From the NCBI GenBank assembly GCA_049285335.1, contig JBAPZR010000639.1, positions 12,386 to 76,385 on the forward strand: DNA of 64,000 nucleotides, given 5' to 3'. This stretch comes from Xanthobacteraceae bacterium. GTDB lineage: Bacteria; Pseudomonadota; Alphaproteobacteria; Rhizobiales; Xanthobacteraceae. The stretch's first letter is position 1. Each line of letters opens with the position of its first letter. The notes below the pieces were generated by a model that was given only the letters and a program-made list of their open reading frames with translations, ran no database searches and had not been told where the DNA came from. Of the stretch, positions 8,815 to 19,767 are shown piece after piece. Made by a program: the position numbers and the translations under genes.

Positions 8815-9990
8815 TCATTTCGTCATATGACCCGGGTCCTTGACGTTCGGCACCTTGTCGATTTCGACGTTGCGCAGCTCGCCGCCGACTTTTTCGACCT
8901 TGAAGATGTGAACGGTCTGGACGACGTCGCGCGTTTCCGGATCGATCGACATCGGGCCGCGCGGGCTCTCCCAAGCCATGCCTTTGGCGGCTGCAATCAA
9001 TGAATCGCCGTCGGTCTTGCCGCCTGTTTTCTGCAACGCCGCGTCGATGAGGCGCATGCCGTCGTAGCCGCCGACCGAGAAGAAGTCGGGATTGCGATGA
9101 AACGCGTCGTTGTAGGCCTGCACGAAGGCTTTGTTTGTCGACGAATCGAGATTGTAGTCATAGTTGGCGACCATGATGATGCCGAGAGCCTGATCGCCCA
9201 TGCTCTTGAGCACGCTCTCCGCGGTGAGAGCGTCCTGACCCAAGACTTTCGTCTTCGCGGTATCGATCCCGCGCTCCGCAAGCGCCTTGCCGACCGCCGC
9301 CGGCTGCGCGCCGCCAGGCACCCAGACATAGATCGCATCGGGGCTTGCATCCTTGGCGCGCTGGACGAAAGCCGAGAAGTCCGGATTGGCGACCGGAAAG
9401 CGCACCGAGCCGACGATCTCGCCGCCGCCGTCCTTGAAGCCTTTCTGGAACCAGGTCTCCGCATCAATTCCCGGACCGTAATCGGAAACCATTGTGTAGA
9501 TTTTTCTCATTCCGTTTTTGGCGGCCCAGGTGCCGAGCGTGTAATTCAGTTGCGGTGTCGTCAGCGAGGTGCGGGCGAGATAAGGCGACTTCGTCGTGAT
9601 GATCGACGTTGCCGCATTCATCACCACCATGAACTTCTTGGCTTCGGCCGAAACGTCGGCGGCGGCGAGCGCGTTCGGCGTCAGCACGAAGCCGCCGAGA
9701 ATATCGGCGTGATCGCGCACGATGGCTTCCTGCGCCAGCCGCTTGGCGATGTCGGGAGCGATTCCGCCGGTGTCCTTGCGAACAAACTCGACCTTGGCGC
9801 CGCCCAGGATGTCGCCGTGCTGTTTCATGTAGAGCCTGATGCCGTTATCCATTTGCGTGGCGGTGTCGGCGAACTGGCCGGAATAGGGCATGATGAGCCC
9901 GATTTTCACCGCGTCCTGCGCGACCGCCGCTCCCGCGCCGAGCAGCATCAGCGCGCAGCTGGCGAGACCGCATAGCATTCGTTGCATCAC
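8815..9990 (-). CDS. ABC transporter periplasmic substrate-binding protein (LivK/Peripla_BP_6-like)
   Basis: Signal peptide [25 protein letters not shown] followed by [14 protein letters not shown]. First gene of the liv-type operon. Confidence 0.9.
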   Translation of the reverse strand: MMQRMLCGLASCALMLLGAGAAVAQDAVKIGLIMPYSGQFADTATQMDNGIRLYMKQHGDILGGAKVEFVRKDTGGIAPDIAKRLAQEAIVRDHADILGGFVLTPNALAAADVSAEAKKFMVVMNAATSIITTKSPYLARTSLTTPQLNYTLGTWAAKNGMRKIYTMVSDYGPGIDAETWFQKGFKDGGGEIVGSVRFPVANPDFSAFVQRAKDASPDAIYVWVPGGAQPAAVGKALAERGIDTAKTKVLGQDALTAESVLKSMGDQALGIIMVANYDYNLDSSTNKAFVQAYNDAFHRNPDFFSVGGYDGMRLIDAALQKTGGKTDGDSLIAAAKGMAWESPRGPMSIDPETRDVVQTVHIFKVEKVGGELRNVEIDKVPNVKDPGHMTK

Positions 9991-10130
9991 TCCCTCCCGG
10001 TTTTTGTAATGCGCAACCCTGTCCCAGAGCTTATCCTGGTGCAGGTCCGATAGGAGTGCAACATTCGCTCACTTTCGGATCGTGCAATCGGGCGACGGTG
10101 GGCTGTGGCCCCGAATTTTGGAGCGGAGGC

Positions 10131-10889
10131 ATGCAGCGGCAAAGCCATGGGAGCGATGCGAGCACTGTCGATCAGGATGAGGTCGAGCGCTTCTCGCGCA
10201 TCGCGGGGCAATGGTGGGATGTGCGCGGGCCGATGGCCGCCCTGCACAAATTCAATCCGGTCCGCCTTGCTTATATCCGCGACCGCGCGGCCGCCCATTT
10301 TGGGCGCGATGCGAACCGGCTCGACAGTCTCGCCGGGCTGCGCATGCTCGATATCGGTTGCGGCGGCGGCATTTTGTCGGAGCCGCTGGCACGGCTTGGC
10401 GCGTCGGTGATGGGCGCCGACCCCTCGGAGAGCAACATCGCCGTCGCCCGCCATCATGCCGCGCAATCGGGGCTTTCGATCGATTACCGCAATGTCACGG
10501 CCGAGGCCCTCGCGGCCGCCGGCGAGACCTTCGATGTCGTTCTGGCAATGGAAGTGGTCGAGCATGTCGCCGACCTCGGCCTGTTCGTCGAAGTCGCGAC
10601 GGGAATGGTCAAACCCGGCGGCCTCTTGTTCGTGGCCACGCTCAATCGCACGATCAAAAGCTTCGCGCTTGCAATCGTTGGCGCGGAATACATCCTGCGC
10701 TGGTTGCCGCGCGGAACGCATCAATGGGACAAATTCGTCACGCCGAACGAACTTGAAATCGCCATCGAACAGGGCGGCATGCAGGTCGAGGCTGAGACCG
10801 GCGTGATTTACAATCTTCTCGGCGACCGTTGGCAATTGTCCGCCGATTTGGACGTCAATTACATGGTGGTGGCGGAGAAAGCGGCGTGA
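10131..10889 (+). CDS. ubiG: Ubiquinone biosynthesis O-methyltransferase
   Basis: [27 protein letters not shown] and the SAM motif [15 protein letters not shown] at 10131 preceded by GGAGG. Confidence 0.9.
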   Translation: MQRQSHGSDASTVDQDEVERFSRIAGQWWDVRGPMAALHKFNPVRLAYIRDRAAAHFGRDANRLDSLAGLRMLDIGCGGGILSEPLARLGASVMGADPSESNIAVARHHAAQSGLSIDYRNVTAEALAAAGETFDVVLAMEVVEHVADLGLFVEVATGMVKPGGLLFVATLNRTIKSFALAIVGAEYILRWLPRGTHQWDKFVTPNELEIAIEQGGMQVEAETGVIYNLLGDRWQLSADLDVNYMVVAEKAA

Positions 10890-11782
10890 CGGCGGCGCCC
10901 TGGCTGTGGGCCGTCTTCACGATCGTCGCCGCCTTCGCCCAGACCATCCGCAATGCGATGCAACGTGAACTGAGCGGCGGGCTCGGCGTCGTCGGCGCCA
11001 CCCACGTCCGGTTTCTGTTCGGCTTTCCGTTCGCGGTTATCTTTCTCGTCGTTTTGTTGTGGGTGACCGGCGCGCCATTGCCGCATCCGGGCCCATCGTT
11101 CTGGCCGTGGGTCGCGGCCGGCGCCTTCATTCAGATCGCCGCCACGGCGCTGATGCTGGCGGCCATGGGCGGCCGCTCCTTCGTCGTCACTATCGCCTAT
11201 ACCAAGACCGAGCCGATCCAGGTTGCCGTGTTCGGCTTCGTGTTTCTCGGCGACACGGTGACGTGGCCGATGGTGGCGGCAATCTGCACGGCGACGGCCG
11301 GCGTGATCGTCATGTCGACAAAGCCCGGCGGGATGGTGGGGGGAATAAAACCGACGCTCCTTGGTCTGGCCTCGGGCGGGGCGCTCGCTTTGGCCGTGAT
11401 CGGGTTTCGCGGCGCGATCCTGAGCCTTCATCTGCCGAATTACGTGATGGCGGCGACTTTCACGCTGCTCATTGGGCTCGCGCTACAGGCCACTGCGCTT
11501 TCGCTTTATCTCTCGCTGCGCCAGCCAAGCGTCATGTTCGCGCTGCTGCGAGCCTGGAAGGCCTCTTTGTTCGCGGGCTTCATGGGGGCGCTGGCTTCGC
11601 AATTCTGGTTTCTCGCCTTTGCGCTGGCGACCGCCGCGAGCGTGCGGACGCTGGCGCTGGTGGAAGTCTTATTTGCGCAATTGGTGGCGCGCTTTGCCTT
11701 CGACCAGCGCACCAGCGCGCGCGAAGGCATCGGCATGGCGCTCGTGGTGTGCGGCGTCGCGCTATTGATCTGGGCCTATTGA
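10886..11782 (+). CDS. EamA/DMT family transporter
   Basis: About 10 hydrophobic segments. The GTG at 10886 overlaps the ubiG stop (GTGA coupling). Confidence 0.8.
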   Translation: MTAAPWLWAVFTIVAAFAQTIRNAMQRELSGGLGVVGATHVRFLFGFPFAVIFLVVLLWVTGAPLPHPGPSFWPWVAAGAFIQIAATALMLAAMGGRSFVVTIAYTKTEPIQVAVFGFVFLGDTVTWPMVAAICTATAGVIVMSTKPGGMVGGIKPTLLGLASGGALALAVIGFRGAILSLHLPNYVMAATFTLLIGLALQATALSLYLSLRQPSVMFALLRAWKASLFAGFMGALASQFWFLAFALATAASVRTLALVEVLFAQLVARFAFDQRTSAREGIGMALVVCGVALLIWAY

Positions 11783-11825
11783 TGCCTCGTGATTTCCCCT
11801 GCGGGACGACCGTAGCGCGGCAATG

Positions 11826-12326
11826 TCAATTCTTGTCGTCCGGCAGAACCGGCAACGGATGAAATTCGATTCCTTCTTCGTGCAAGGCCTTGGCTTCGTC
11901 GGGTGAGGCTTCGCCGTAAATCGAACGGTGCTCGGCCTCGCCATAATGGATCTTGCGCGCTTCTTCGGGAAAACGCTGCCCGACATAGCTTGCATTTTTG
12001 GTGACGTGGTCGCGAAGCTCCTTGAGCTTTTGCCGTAGCTCGCGCTCGGCTGCTGACACCATCGCGACCGGCGTCTTCGCCGAGACTGGCGGCGCGGGCG
12101 TCTGCGCAACCGGGGGCGGCGGCACGGGATTGGACGGTGCCACCGGCTGCGAACCGGCGTCGATGCGGGCCAGGCTCGGCGCCATCACGGCTTTTTCTAC
12201 CTTGGCGGAGCCGCAGACCGGGCAGGCGACGAGCGCGCGCTTGGCCTGCTTGTCGTAAGCGGCGGAATTCGCAAACCAGCTTTCGAAAACGTGGCCCCGG
12301 TCGCAGTTGAGCGCGTAACGAATCAT
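11826..12326 (-). CDS. DUF1178 family protein
   Basis: N-terminus MIRYALNCDRGHVFESWF...ACPVCGS is the zinc-ribbon-like DUF1178 signature. Confidence 0.85.
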   Translation of the reverse strand: MIRYALNCDRGHVFESWFANSAAYDKQAKRALVACPVCGSAKVEKAVMAPSLARIDAGSQPVAPSNPVPPPPVAQTPAPPVSAKTPVAMVSAAERELRQKLKELRDHVTKNASYVGQRFPEEARKIHYGEAEHRSIYGEASPDEAKALHEEGIEFHPLPVLPDDKN

Positions 12327-13207
12327 GTCTGCTCTCTGACCGCGTGCAGATAGACCGGCTCGGCCAAAGGCTCGACCAGTTCGAAGCGCCGTCCATGGTC
12401 CAGCGAGGGAACCCGTCCGCGCGCCGCGGCCACTTCGGCGGGCTTGATCTCCGCCATCACCACGCCAGGTTCGATACCGCCCTCAGCGAGGATGCGGCCC
12501 CACGGATCGATAACGAGCGAGTGACCGAAAGTCTCGCGGCCGTTTTCGTGCTTGCCGCCCTGGGCGGCGGCGAATACGAAGCAGCCGTTTTCGATCGCGC
12601 GGGCGCGTTGCAGCACATGCCAATGCGCTTCGCCGGTTTGCCGAGTAAAGGCCGACGGGATTGCGAGAAACGACGCGCCGGCTTCGGCGAGCGCGCGATA
12701 AAGCGCCGGAAACCGCAAATCGTAACACACCGTCATGCCAAGCCGGCCCCATGGCAGGTCGGCCAGAACGGCAAGTTCGCCCGGGCGGTAATTGTTGGAT
12801 TCCCGATAGCTCTCGTTGCCCGCGAGATCGACATCGAACATGTGGATCTTGTCATAGCGGGCGGCGACGACGCCCTTGCGATCGATCAGGAACGAACGGT
12901 TCGCGGCTTTTTCGGCCGAGGCCTTGATCGCAAGCGAGCCGATATGAACGTAGATCGCAAGCTCGCGCGCGACTTCGCGCAACGTCGCCAGCGTCGGATC
13001 GTTCTCCTCGGCGACGATATTCGCGAACAGATGATCGCGCTTGATGGCCAGGATATTGGTCAGTTCCGGCGTGAGCACATAATCGGCGCCGGCCTGTTTG
13101 GCTTGATCGATCAGCTCCAGGACCACCGCGAGATTGGCGGCGGGATCGAGTCCGGACCGCATCTGGATGAGGCCGACCTTGAAGCTGCCTGTGCCTAGCG
13201 CGCTCAT
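12323..13207 (-). CDS. Carbon-nitrogen hydrolase (nitrilase superfamily) protein
   Basis: Putative Glu-Lys-Cys triad context (VLTPEL, YDKIHMFD, TVCYDLRFP). Both ends overlap neighbouring genes by 4 nt. Confidence 0.9.
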   Translation of the reverse strand: MSALGTGSFKVGLIQMRSGLDPAANLAVVLELIDQAKQAGADYVLTPELTNILAIKRDHLFANIVAEENDPTLATLREVARELAIYVHIGSLAIKASAEKAANRSFLIDRKGVVAARYDKIHMFDVDLAGNESYRESNNYRPGELAVLADLPWGRLGMTVCYDLRFPALYRALAEAGASFLAIPSAFTRQTGEAHWHVLQRARAIENGCFVFAAAQGGKHENGRETFGHSLVIDPWGRILAEGGIEPGVVMAEIKPAEVAAARGRVPSLDHGRRFELVEPLAEPVYLHAVREQT

Positions 13208-13479
13208 GCCGGTGTGTCCTTCGCCGCGGCCAGCAAAGGATCGAGCCGGCCGGTTTCCTCAAGCGCATAGAGCTCGTCGCAACCGCCAACATGCGTCGCA
13301 CCGATGAAAATCTGCGGATAGGTGCTGCAGCCTTTCGCGCGCGCAATCATCTCTTTGCGAATGTCCCTTTTCCCGGTGACGTCGATCTCATGGAAGCGCG
13401 CACCTTTGCGGGTTAGTAGCTCCTTCGCGTCATGGCAATAGGGGCAGTATTGCACGGTGTAAATGTCGATGGCTGTCAT
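13204..13479 (-). CDS. grxC: Glutaredoxin 3
   Basis: 91 aa with the CPYC active site and TYPQIFIGATHVGGCDE. Confidence 0.9.
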   Translation of the reverse strand: MTAIDIYTVQYCPYCHDAKELLTRKGARFHEIDVTGKRDIRKEMIARAKGCSTYPQIFIGATHVGGCDELYALEETGRLDPLLAAAKDTPA

Positions 13480-13506
13480 GATCGAGCGTAATTTTTTATC
13501 AAAGTG

Positions 13507-14295
13507 TTATATGGACGTTTGGATCGGCTCGGCAACCCTCGCAAATACCAGCACATCCACATTGGCGGCCCCGGCGCGCAACAGCGCGCGGGCGCAGCCA
13601 TCCACCGTCGCTCCGGTGGTCAGCACATCATCGATGAGGACCAGGCGCCGGCGGGTCACCGCGGCCTTGCCGTCCGGCGGCACGCGAAACGCACCCTGGA
13701 CATTGGCCGCCCGCTCGGTCCGCGACAGGCCGAATTGTTGCGCGGTTGGCTTTACGCGCCTGAGCGCGTTGGCGGCGACCGGCACGCCGATCTGCGTGGA
13801 AATCGCGGCCGCAAGCATCGCCGACTGATTGAAGCGGCGCGCCCACAGCCGCCGCCAATGCAACGGCACGGGGACAAGCGCGTCGGCCTCGGCCAAAACT
13901 TCGCGTCCGGCGTGGGCGATGAAGCGGCCCATCATCGGTGCAAGGTCAAGACGATCGGCATATTTAAGGGCATGGACCAGCCCGCGGGAAATTTCGTCAA
14001 ATCGCACCGCAGCCCGGGCGCGATGGTAGGCAGGCGGGCTGGCGATGGCCTCCATGGACAGGATGCCCGGGCCGGGGTCATAGACGAACGGAATGCCGAG
14101 CCGCTCACAATAGGGTCGGGTGATGAAGGACAATTTCGACCAGCATGCCGGACAAAGGCCGCGGCCGTCGACGGGTTCGTGGCACGCGGCGCAGAGCGGA
14201 GGCAATGCGAGGTCGAGCGCAGCGCGCAAGGCCGTGCGCACCGCGCCGGCGGCGCGCTTAGCGGATGCGGATAGGACGCTCGCGTTGGTGAACAT
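13507..14295 (-). CDS. comF: ComF family protein (phosphoribosyltransferase domain)
   Basis: N-terminal Cys pairs (PPLCAAC...LCPAC) and PRTase motif VLIDDVLTTGATV. Confidence 0.85.
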   Translation of the reverse strand: MFTNASVLSASAKRAAGAVRTALRAALDLALPPLCAACHEPVDGRGLCPACWSKLSFITRPYCERLGIPFVYDPGPGILSMEAIASPPAYHRARAAVRFDEISRGLVHALKYADRLDLAPMMGRFIAHAGREVLAEADALVPVPLHWRRLWARRFNQSAMLAAAISTQIGVPVAANALRRVKPTAQQFGLSRTERAANVQGAFRVPPDGKAAVTRRRLVLIDDVLTTGATVDGCARALLRAGAANVDVLVFARVAEPIQTSI

Positions 14296-14352
14296 CGTGC
14301 TCCAACGCTACCGCCGCACGATGGCAATGTCACCGGCACGAGCCACAACCTC

Positions 14353-15240
14353 ATGACCGCAGCTCCATTGATCTTTGACCGTTCGCTGCAGCGCCACCGG
14401 CGCCGTCGCGCGACGCATGGCAAAGGTGCGACCTTCCTGCTCGAACGGGTTGCCGGCGAACTAACCGACCGACTTGCCACAGTACTGCGCCGGTTCGACA
14501 TCGTCGTCGATCTCGGCACGCCCGACGACGCGGTGCGTGCGGCGCTCCTCCGGCTGGATTCGATCGGCATGGTGGTCGGCGCCGATGTGCTGCCGCGAGG
14601 AAGACCGTTTGTGGTGGCGGACGAGGAAGCTCTGCCGTTCGCAGACGGCGCACTCGATCTCGTGGTCTCGGCCTTGGCTTTGCAATACGTGAACGATCTG
14701 CCGGGCGCGCTTTTACAGGTTTGCCGCGCCTTGAAACCCGACGGGCTATTTCTCGCGGCGCTTCTCGGCGGCGAGACGCTGACCGAACTGCGCCAATCCT
14801 TTGCCGCCGCCGAGAGCGAAATCGAGGGCGGCGTCTCGCCCCGCGTCGCCCCTTTCGCCGATCTGCGCGATCTCGGCGGATTGCTGCAGCGCGCCGGATT
14901 CGCACTACCGGTGACCGATGTCGATCGCCTGACCGTCCGCTACGAATCGGTCTTCGGCCTTTTGCGCGATCTCAGGCGCATGGGCGCGACCAATTCGCTC
15001 ATTGCGCGTCATCGTAAGCCGCTTCGCCGCGCGACGCTGCAGCGCATGGCGGAAATCTACGCGCTGCAGTTTGCCGATCCCAACGGACGTGTTCGCGCGA
15101 CGTTCGACATCGTGTGGCTATCGGGCTGGGCGCCGCATCCTGGTCAGCAGCAACCGCTCAAGCCCGGATCGGCGAAAAGCCGGCTAGCGGACGTCCTTGG
15201 CGCGCGCGAAATTTCGGCGGGAGAGAAAGCGGGCGGCTAG
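14353..15240 (+). CDS. Class I SAM-dependent methyltransferase
   Basis: VVDLGTPDD, DLVVSALALQYVNDLPGALLQVCRALKPDGLFL (methyltransferase type 11 pattern). Confidence 0.8.
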   Translation: MTAAPLIFDRSLQRHRRRRATHGKGATFLLERVAGELTDRLATVLRRFDIVVDLGTPDDAVRAALLRLDSIGMVVGADVLPRGRPFVVADEEALPFADGALDLVVSALALQYVNDLPGALLQVCRALKPDGLFLAALLGGETLTELRQSFAAAESEIEGGVSPRVAPFADLRDLGGLLQRAGFALPVTDVDRLTVRYESVFGLLRDLRRMGATNSLIARHRKPLRRATLQRMAEIYALQFADPNGRVRATFDIVWLSGWAPHPGQQQPLKPGSAKSRLADVLGAREISAGEKAGG

Positions 15241-15330
15241 GGTCTAACTCTCGGGAAAAGTCGACGGCCGCGAAGCGACCACCATAGTCGTGTGTCTTGA
15301 CCTAGCGGTGTCGCGCTCCGGCGGCGCGCG

Positions 15331-15519
15331 CTATTTCATCGCCGTCGCGACGCTCGTGAACAGGTCCTTGACCGTGCCGCCTAGATTCATGATCGCCGCC
15401 GCGATTGCGACAGCTACTCCCGAAGCGAGGATCGCATATTCGATAGCGGTGGTGCCCCGTTCGTCGCGCACCAGGCGCAGGGTCAGATCGGCGATCATGG
15501 CACTCTGCAATTTCGACAT
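15331..15519 (-). CDS. Flp family type IVb pilin
   Basis: 62 aa with RDERGTTAIEYAILASGVAVAI, the Flp motif (G/ATAIEY followed by a hydrophobic helix). Confidence 0.8.
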   Translation of the reverse strand: MSKLQSAMIADLTLRLVRDERGTTAIEYAILASGVAVAIAAAIMNLGGTVKDLFTSVATAMK

Positions 15520-15543
15520 GGTGTCGGGCCTTTCGCGTTTAAA

Positions 15544-15948
15544 CTAAATCAGTGTGGTCAGGTGCGAAATCAGCGGTTCATCGGCTGGCGGCATCGGATA
15601 ATTTCGCAGATCACGCGTTCGCACCCATTTGAGCTCCTGTCCCTCCTTGGCCTGAACGAACCCATCCCAACGCCGACAGACATAAAGCGGCATCAACAGA
15701 TAGAAGTCGGGATAGACATGGCTCGCAAAGGTCAGCGGCGCGAGGCATTCCTCTTTGACTGCGATTCCCAATTCCTCCTTCAACTCGCGGATCAGTGTCT
15801 GTTCCGGACGCTCGCCCGGCTCGACTTTGCCGCCGGGAAATTCCCATAACCCCGCCATCGTTTTACCGGGCGGTCGTTGCGCGATCAGGACCCGGCCATC
15901 GGAATCGATCAACGCGCAGGCGGAGACGAGAACGAGTCTGACGCTCAC
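15544..15948 (-). CDS. mutT: NUDIX hydrolase, MutT-like 8-oxo-dGTP diphosphatase
   Basis: Nudix box GGKVEPGERPEQTLIRELKEELGI. Confidence 0.85.
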   Translation of the reverse strand: MSVRLVLVSACALIDSDGRVLIAQRPPGKTMAGLWEFPGGKVEPGERPEQTLIRELKEELGIAVKEECLAPLTFASHVYPDFYLLMPLYVCRRWDGFVQAKEGQELKWVRTRDLRNYPMPPADEPLISHLTTLI

Positions 15949-16113
15949 AGCCGGTCTCAGTTTATGGATCGGAGGGTAAAGGCATATTCAAGCCACTCGC
16001 GGAAACCAGCCGGATTTACCATGATGGTCAACGAAAGCTTGCGATCGATAGAGAAAACAAGTGCTGTCAAAGGCAAATCAGCGGTTTTGTTGTCCGCTCC
16101 CGCGCGCAAAGTA

Positions 16114-17010
16114 TTAGCTCTTCATCAATTCGAGAACCGCGCCGGCGAATTCCCGCGGCGCCTCCTGAGGCGGGTTGTGGCCGATCCGCGGCAGGACGCG
16201 GCGCTCATAAGGTCCGGAAAAGAGCGCGGCGTGCCTTTCTGAAACCTCCGGAGGTAAAACGCCGTCGGCGTCGCCTTGCAAAGCGATGGTCGGCACGTTG
16301 ATTTTGGGCTTTGCGGCAAGCCGGCGCTCGATTGCTTCCAGCTTCGGATCGCCCGCGGCGTTGGCGTAACGGTGCCGATAGGAATGAATCGTGACCGCGA
16401 CGAAGTCCTCGTTTTCAAACGAGGCCGCGCTACGCGCGAACGTGGCGTCGTCGAACGCCCAATGTGGCGACCACAATTCCCACAACAGCCGGGACAGCGC
16501 GCCGCGATTGCGCTCGAGCCCGGCGCGGCCGCGCTCGGTCTGAAAATACCATTGATACCAGAACCGCCGCTCCTGCAGCGGCGTTTGCGGTTCGGCCGCG
16601 CCGGCAATGTCCTGAATATTGTAGCCGTTGACCGCCAGGAGGCCGCGCACGCGCTCCGGCCATAGCGCCGCGACAACGCAGGTGGCGCGACCGCCCCAGT
16701 CATAGCCGGCTAGTACCGCGCGATCGACGCAAAGGGCATCAAGCAATTCACGCAGGTCGTTGCCAAGCGCGGCTTGCTGCCCCGAACGCGGCGTCTCGCG
16801 CGAGAGAAAGCGCGTTGCGCCGAAGCCGCGCAGGTAAGGAACGATCAGGCGTGCGCCGGCAGCAACGAGCGGCGGGATCACCTCGTCGTAACTGCGCGGG
16901 TCATAGGGCCAGCCATGCATCAGGAAAACGGGCACGCCGTCCGCGGCGCCGCTTTCTTCGTAAGCGATGTCGAGGCTCGCGGTGCGAACGTGCTTCGTGG
17001 CGGCGGTCAA
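16114..17010 (-). CDS. Alpha/beta hydrolase (epoxide hydrolase-like)
   Basis: [10 protein letters not shown] and the GYDWGG nucleophile motif. Start overlaps the argJ stop by 4 nt. Confidence 0.85.
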   Translation of the reverse strand: MTAATKHVRTASLDIAYEESGAADGVPVFLMHGWPYDPRSYDEVIPPLVAAGARLIVPYLRGFGATRFLSRETPRSGQQAALGNDLRELLDALCVDRAVLAGYDWGGRATCVVAALWPERVRGLLAVNGYNIQDIAGAAEPQTPLQERRFWYQWYFQTERGRAGLERNRGALSRLLWELWSPHWAFDDATFARSAASFENEDFVAVTIHSYRHRYANAAGDPKLEAIERRLAAKPKINVPTIALQGDADGVLPPEVSERHAALFSGPYERRVLPRIGHNPPQEAPREFAGAVLELMKS

Positions 17011-18242
17011 CTCCGATAGTCCCCGTTGATCGCGACATACTCTTTGGTCAGATCGCAGGTCAGCACCCGATCGCGGCCCTTGCCGAGACCGAGCGCCACT
17101 TTGAGCGTGATTTCGGGTCGCGTCATGGCCGCCGACACGGCGGCCTCGTCATAGGCCGGATCGCGCGCACCCCTATGGGCAACGCGAATGCCGCCAAACC
17201 AGATCGACAGCCGGTCGCGATCGGCCGGCTCGCCGGCTTTGCCCACCGCCATCACGACGCGACCCCAGTTGGCGTCCTCGCCGGCGATCGCGGTTTTGAC
17301 CAAGGGCGAATTGGCGATCGATAGCGCAATGCGGCGCGCCGAGATTTTCGAGACCGCACCCTCGACGATGATCTCGACGAGCTTGCGGGCGCCCTCGCCG
17401 TCGCGCGCGACTTGCTCGGCGAGGCTTGCCAGCACGGCGAAAAAGGCCTTGCGGAACGGCGCCAGACGCGGATCGTTGCTGCGGGCGATGCGGGGCGCGG
17501 TCTTGGCGCCGCCGGTCGCAAAAGCCAACAGCGTGTCCGATGTCGAGGTGTCGCCGTCGATAGTGACCGCGTTGAACGTGTCGACGACGCCCTCGCGCAA
17601 CAAGGTCTGCAAAACCGGCGACGCTATCGGCGCGTCGGTGAAGACGAATGCGAGCATGGTCGCCATATCCGGCGCAATCATGCCGGCGCCCTTGGCGAAG
17701 CCATTGATGACGACCTCGGCGCCGCCAATGCGCGTGCGCGCTGTCGCCAGCTTTGGAAACGTATCGGTGGTCATGATCGCCTTGGCGGCGTCGCCATAGC
17801 CATCCGGCCGCGCCGCGGCGACAAGTTTGGTCATAACTCCCTCGAAGGCCTGCGCGGCGAGCGGCTCGCCGATCACGCCGGTTGAGGCGAGGAACACTTC
17901 CGATGTTTTGCAGCCGACCGCCGCCGCCGCAAGTTTCGCGGTCATGGCGCAAGCCTTGCGGCCGCTCTTGCCGGTAAAGGCGTTGGCATTGCCGGAATTG
18001 ACGACAAGCGCGCGGGCGCGGCGGCCCTTGAGGTGCGCGCGGCACCATTCGACCGGCGCCGAGGGACATTTCGAGCGCGTGAAGACCCCGGCGACGCTCG
18101 TGTCGCGGTCGAAGACCGCGAGCATCACATCGGTGCGGTCCTTATACCGGATGCCGGCGGCGGCGGTCGCGAAGCGCACGCCGGCGATCTCCGGCAGCGC
18201 AGGAAATGTCTTTGGGGCGAGAGGGGAAATGGCGGGGAACAT
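17007..18242 (-). CDS. argJ: Bifunctional glutamate N-acetyltransferase/amino-acid acetyltransferase
   Basis: 411 aa with [22 protein letters not shown] (autoprocessing site region), ending INGDYRS. Confidence 0.95.
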   Translation of the reverse strand: MFPAISPLAPKTFPALPEIAGVRFATAAAGIRYKDRTDVMLAVFDRDTSVAGVFTRSKCPSAPVEWCRAHLKGRRARALVVNSGNANAFTGKSGRKACAMTAKLAAAAVGCKTSEVFLASTGVIGEPLAAQAFEGVMTKLVAAARPDGYGDAAKAIMTTDTFPKLATARTRIGGAEVVINGFAKGAGMIAPDMATMLAFVFTDAPIASPVLQTLLREGVVDTFNAVTIDGDTSTSDTLLAFATGGAKTAPRIARSNDPRLAPFRKAFFAVLASLAEQVARDGEGARKLVEIIVEGAVSKISARRIALSIANSPLVKTAIAGEDANWGRVVMAVGKAGEPADRDRLSIWFGGIRVAHRGARDPAYDEAAVSAAMTRPEITLKVALGLGKGRDRVLTCDLTKEYVAINGDYRS

Positions 18243-18370
18243 TGGTCATTCCGGCGGGCGGACGAGGCGCGCCAGTCCGGAATCCGTCATTCCAGCGTCA
18301 GCGGATCGATTTCCAAATGCTGGGACTCTGGATTCCGGCACTCGCGTCGCTTGGCCGCAATGACGTGTTT
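18243..18370. repeat. REP-like palindromic intergenic element
   Basis: Repeated GTCATTCC / CCGGAATCC / AATGACG arms between argJ and the PPIase gene. Confidence 0.35.
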
Positions 18371-18392
18371 TTGCGCACCCTGCAAGGGCAAA

Positions 18393-19271
18393 TTATTTCT
18401 TCGCCGGCGCCGCCGGGTTGAGCGAAGATGGATCAGGCGCGTTTGCCGGCTTGTCGAGCCGCTCGATGCTAGCGGATTTGCGCAGGTTCGCGACCAGTTC
18501 GGCCTGCGCGCGCCGGGCGATATAATTTTGCAATTGGCCCTTGACCTCATCGAAGGTCGGCGTCGGCTTCACGCGCTTGTCCTCGATCTTGATGATGTGC
18601 CAGCCGAACTGGGTCTTTACCGGATCGGAAATCTGTCCCTTGTCGAGCTTAAAGGCCGCTTCGGCGAATTCCGGCACCATTTGATCCTTGGTGAAATAGC
18701 CAAGGTCGCCGCCGTCGGCTGCGCCCGGATCCTTCGATTTCTGCTTGGCCAAAGTTGCGAAATCGGCACCGTTCTTCAGCTGCGTTTCAATGTCCTTGGC
18801 TTCGTCTTCGGTCGCGACGAGAATGTGCCGCGCGTGCACCTCTTCCTGGTTCGGCATCTGTTTGACCGCTTCGTCATAGACCTTGTGCAGCGCGTCGTCG
18901 GTCATGGCGGCCTTGCCGGCATCTTGAAGCATGGCCTCCATCAGCGCCTTGCGACGCTCGAATTCGATCCGCTGTTTGACGTCGTTGCGATTGGCGAGCT
19001 GCTGCTTGTCGGCGGCCTGCGACAGGACGACGATGTCGGACAGGTAAGTGATGATGTAGTCGCGTTTTTGATCGGGCCCCATTTGCGGCATGCCGGCACC
19101 GATATCGTCCTCGGCGAGGGCGATGTCGCTTTCGTGAATATCGACGCCATTGGCGCGGGCGACCACCGGGTCGGAATCCTGTGCGCGCAATCCAAAGGCC
19201 GGTGCCGTCAGAGAGGCCGCAAGCGCGAGTGCGCCGACAAGGCGAGGGTTGAATGGACGGAAAAGCATCAT
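18393..19271 (-). CDS. Peptidylprolyl isomerase (SurA-N plus parvulin/PpiC domain)
   Basis: Signal peptide MMLFRPFNPRLVGALALAASLTAPAFG. Rotamase motif ARHILV...GGDLGYFTKDQMVPEF. Start moved to 19271 from the track's 19478. Confidence 0.85.
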   Translation of the reverse strand: MMLFRPFNPRLVGALALAASLTAPAFGLRAQDSDPVVARANGVDIHESDIALAEDDIGAGMPQMGPDQKRDYIITYLSDIVVLSQAADKQQLANRNDVKQRIEFERRKALMEAMLQDAGKAAMTDDALHKVYDEAVKQMPNQEEVHARHILVATEDEAKDIETQLKNGADFATLAKQKSKDPGAADGGDLGYFTKDQMVPEFAEAAFKLDKGQISDPVKTQFGWHIIKIEDKRVKPTPTFDEVKGQLQNYIARRAQAELVANLRKSASIERLDKPANAPDPSSLNPAAPAKK

Positions 19272-19554
19272 GACGCGAGAATCCTTGGTATGGCGGTTGA
19301 GGCGTGACGATTGACCTTGCCGGTTGGCGCGGCGACTGGTCGGCCGGTCAAGCTGACCGCTGACACGGTCCGTAATGCAGTAGGCGACATTGCAGGCCAC
19401 ATGGCGCATCGATCGCAGGGTCGTTTTGGGGTGTCGGACCGTCGGTCCGGTCCGGGGCCGGCGCGGACAGTCGCGCAATCGTCCGCCCTTGGCAATCCCT
19501 TGCCGTGGGCGGAAGCAAGCCCAAATCTAACAAGCGCGTGAAATACGCGTCGCA

Positions 19555-19583
19555 TTGACAAGAAATCGACCCCCTCCTATCTC
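19555..19583 (+). promoter_or_regulatory. Candidate sigma-70 type promoter for secA
   Basis: TTGACA (19555-19560), 17-nt spacer, TATCTC (19578-19583), about 185 nt upstream of the secA ATG. Confidence 0.3.
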
Positions 19584-19767
19584 TCGACCAGATATCGGGA
19601 TGTTCAGTCGCCTCGCCAAAGCCCGAATAGCGCCGCATTTTCCGCCGGTGTGATCCGTGCCGGCCGCGAGTTAACAACAGCATGGCTGAGCAGCGGGAAC
19701 GGGTATCCAGGCAAGCTCTTGCGTCATATGACTGCCCAGACGAGCCGGGATTCAAAGGGATAATGCG

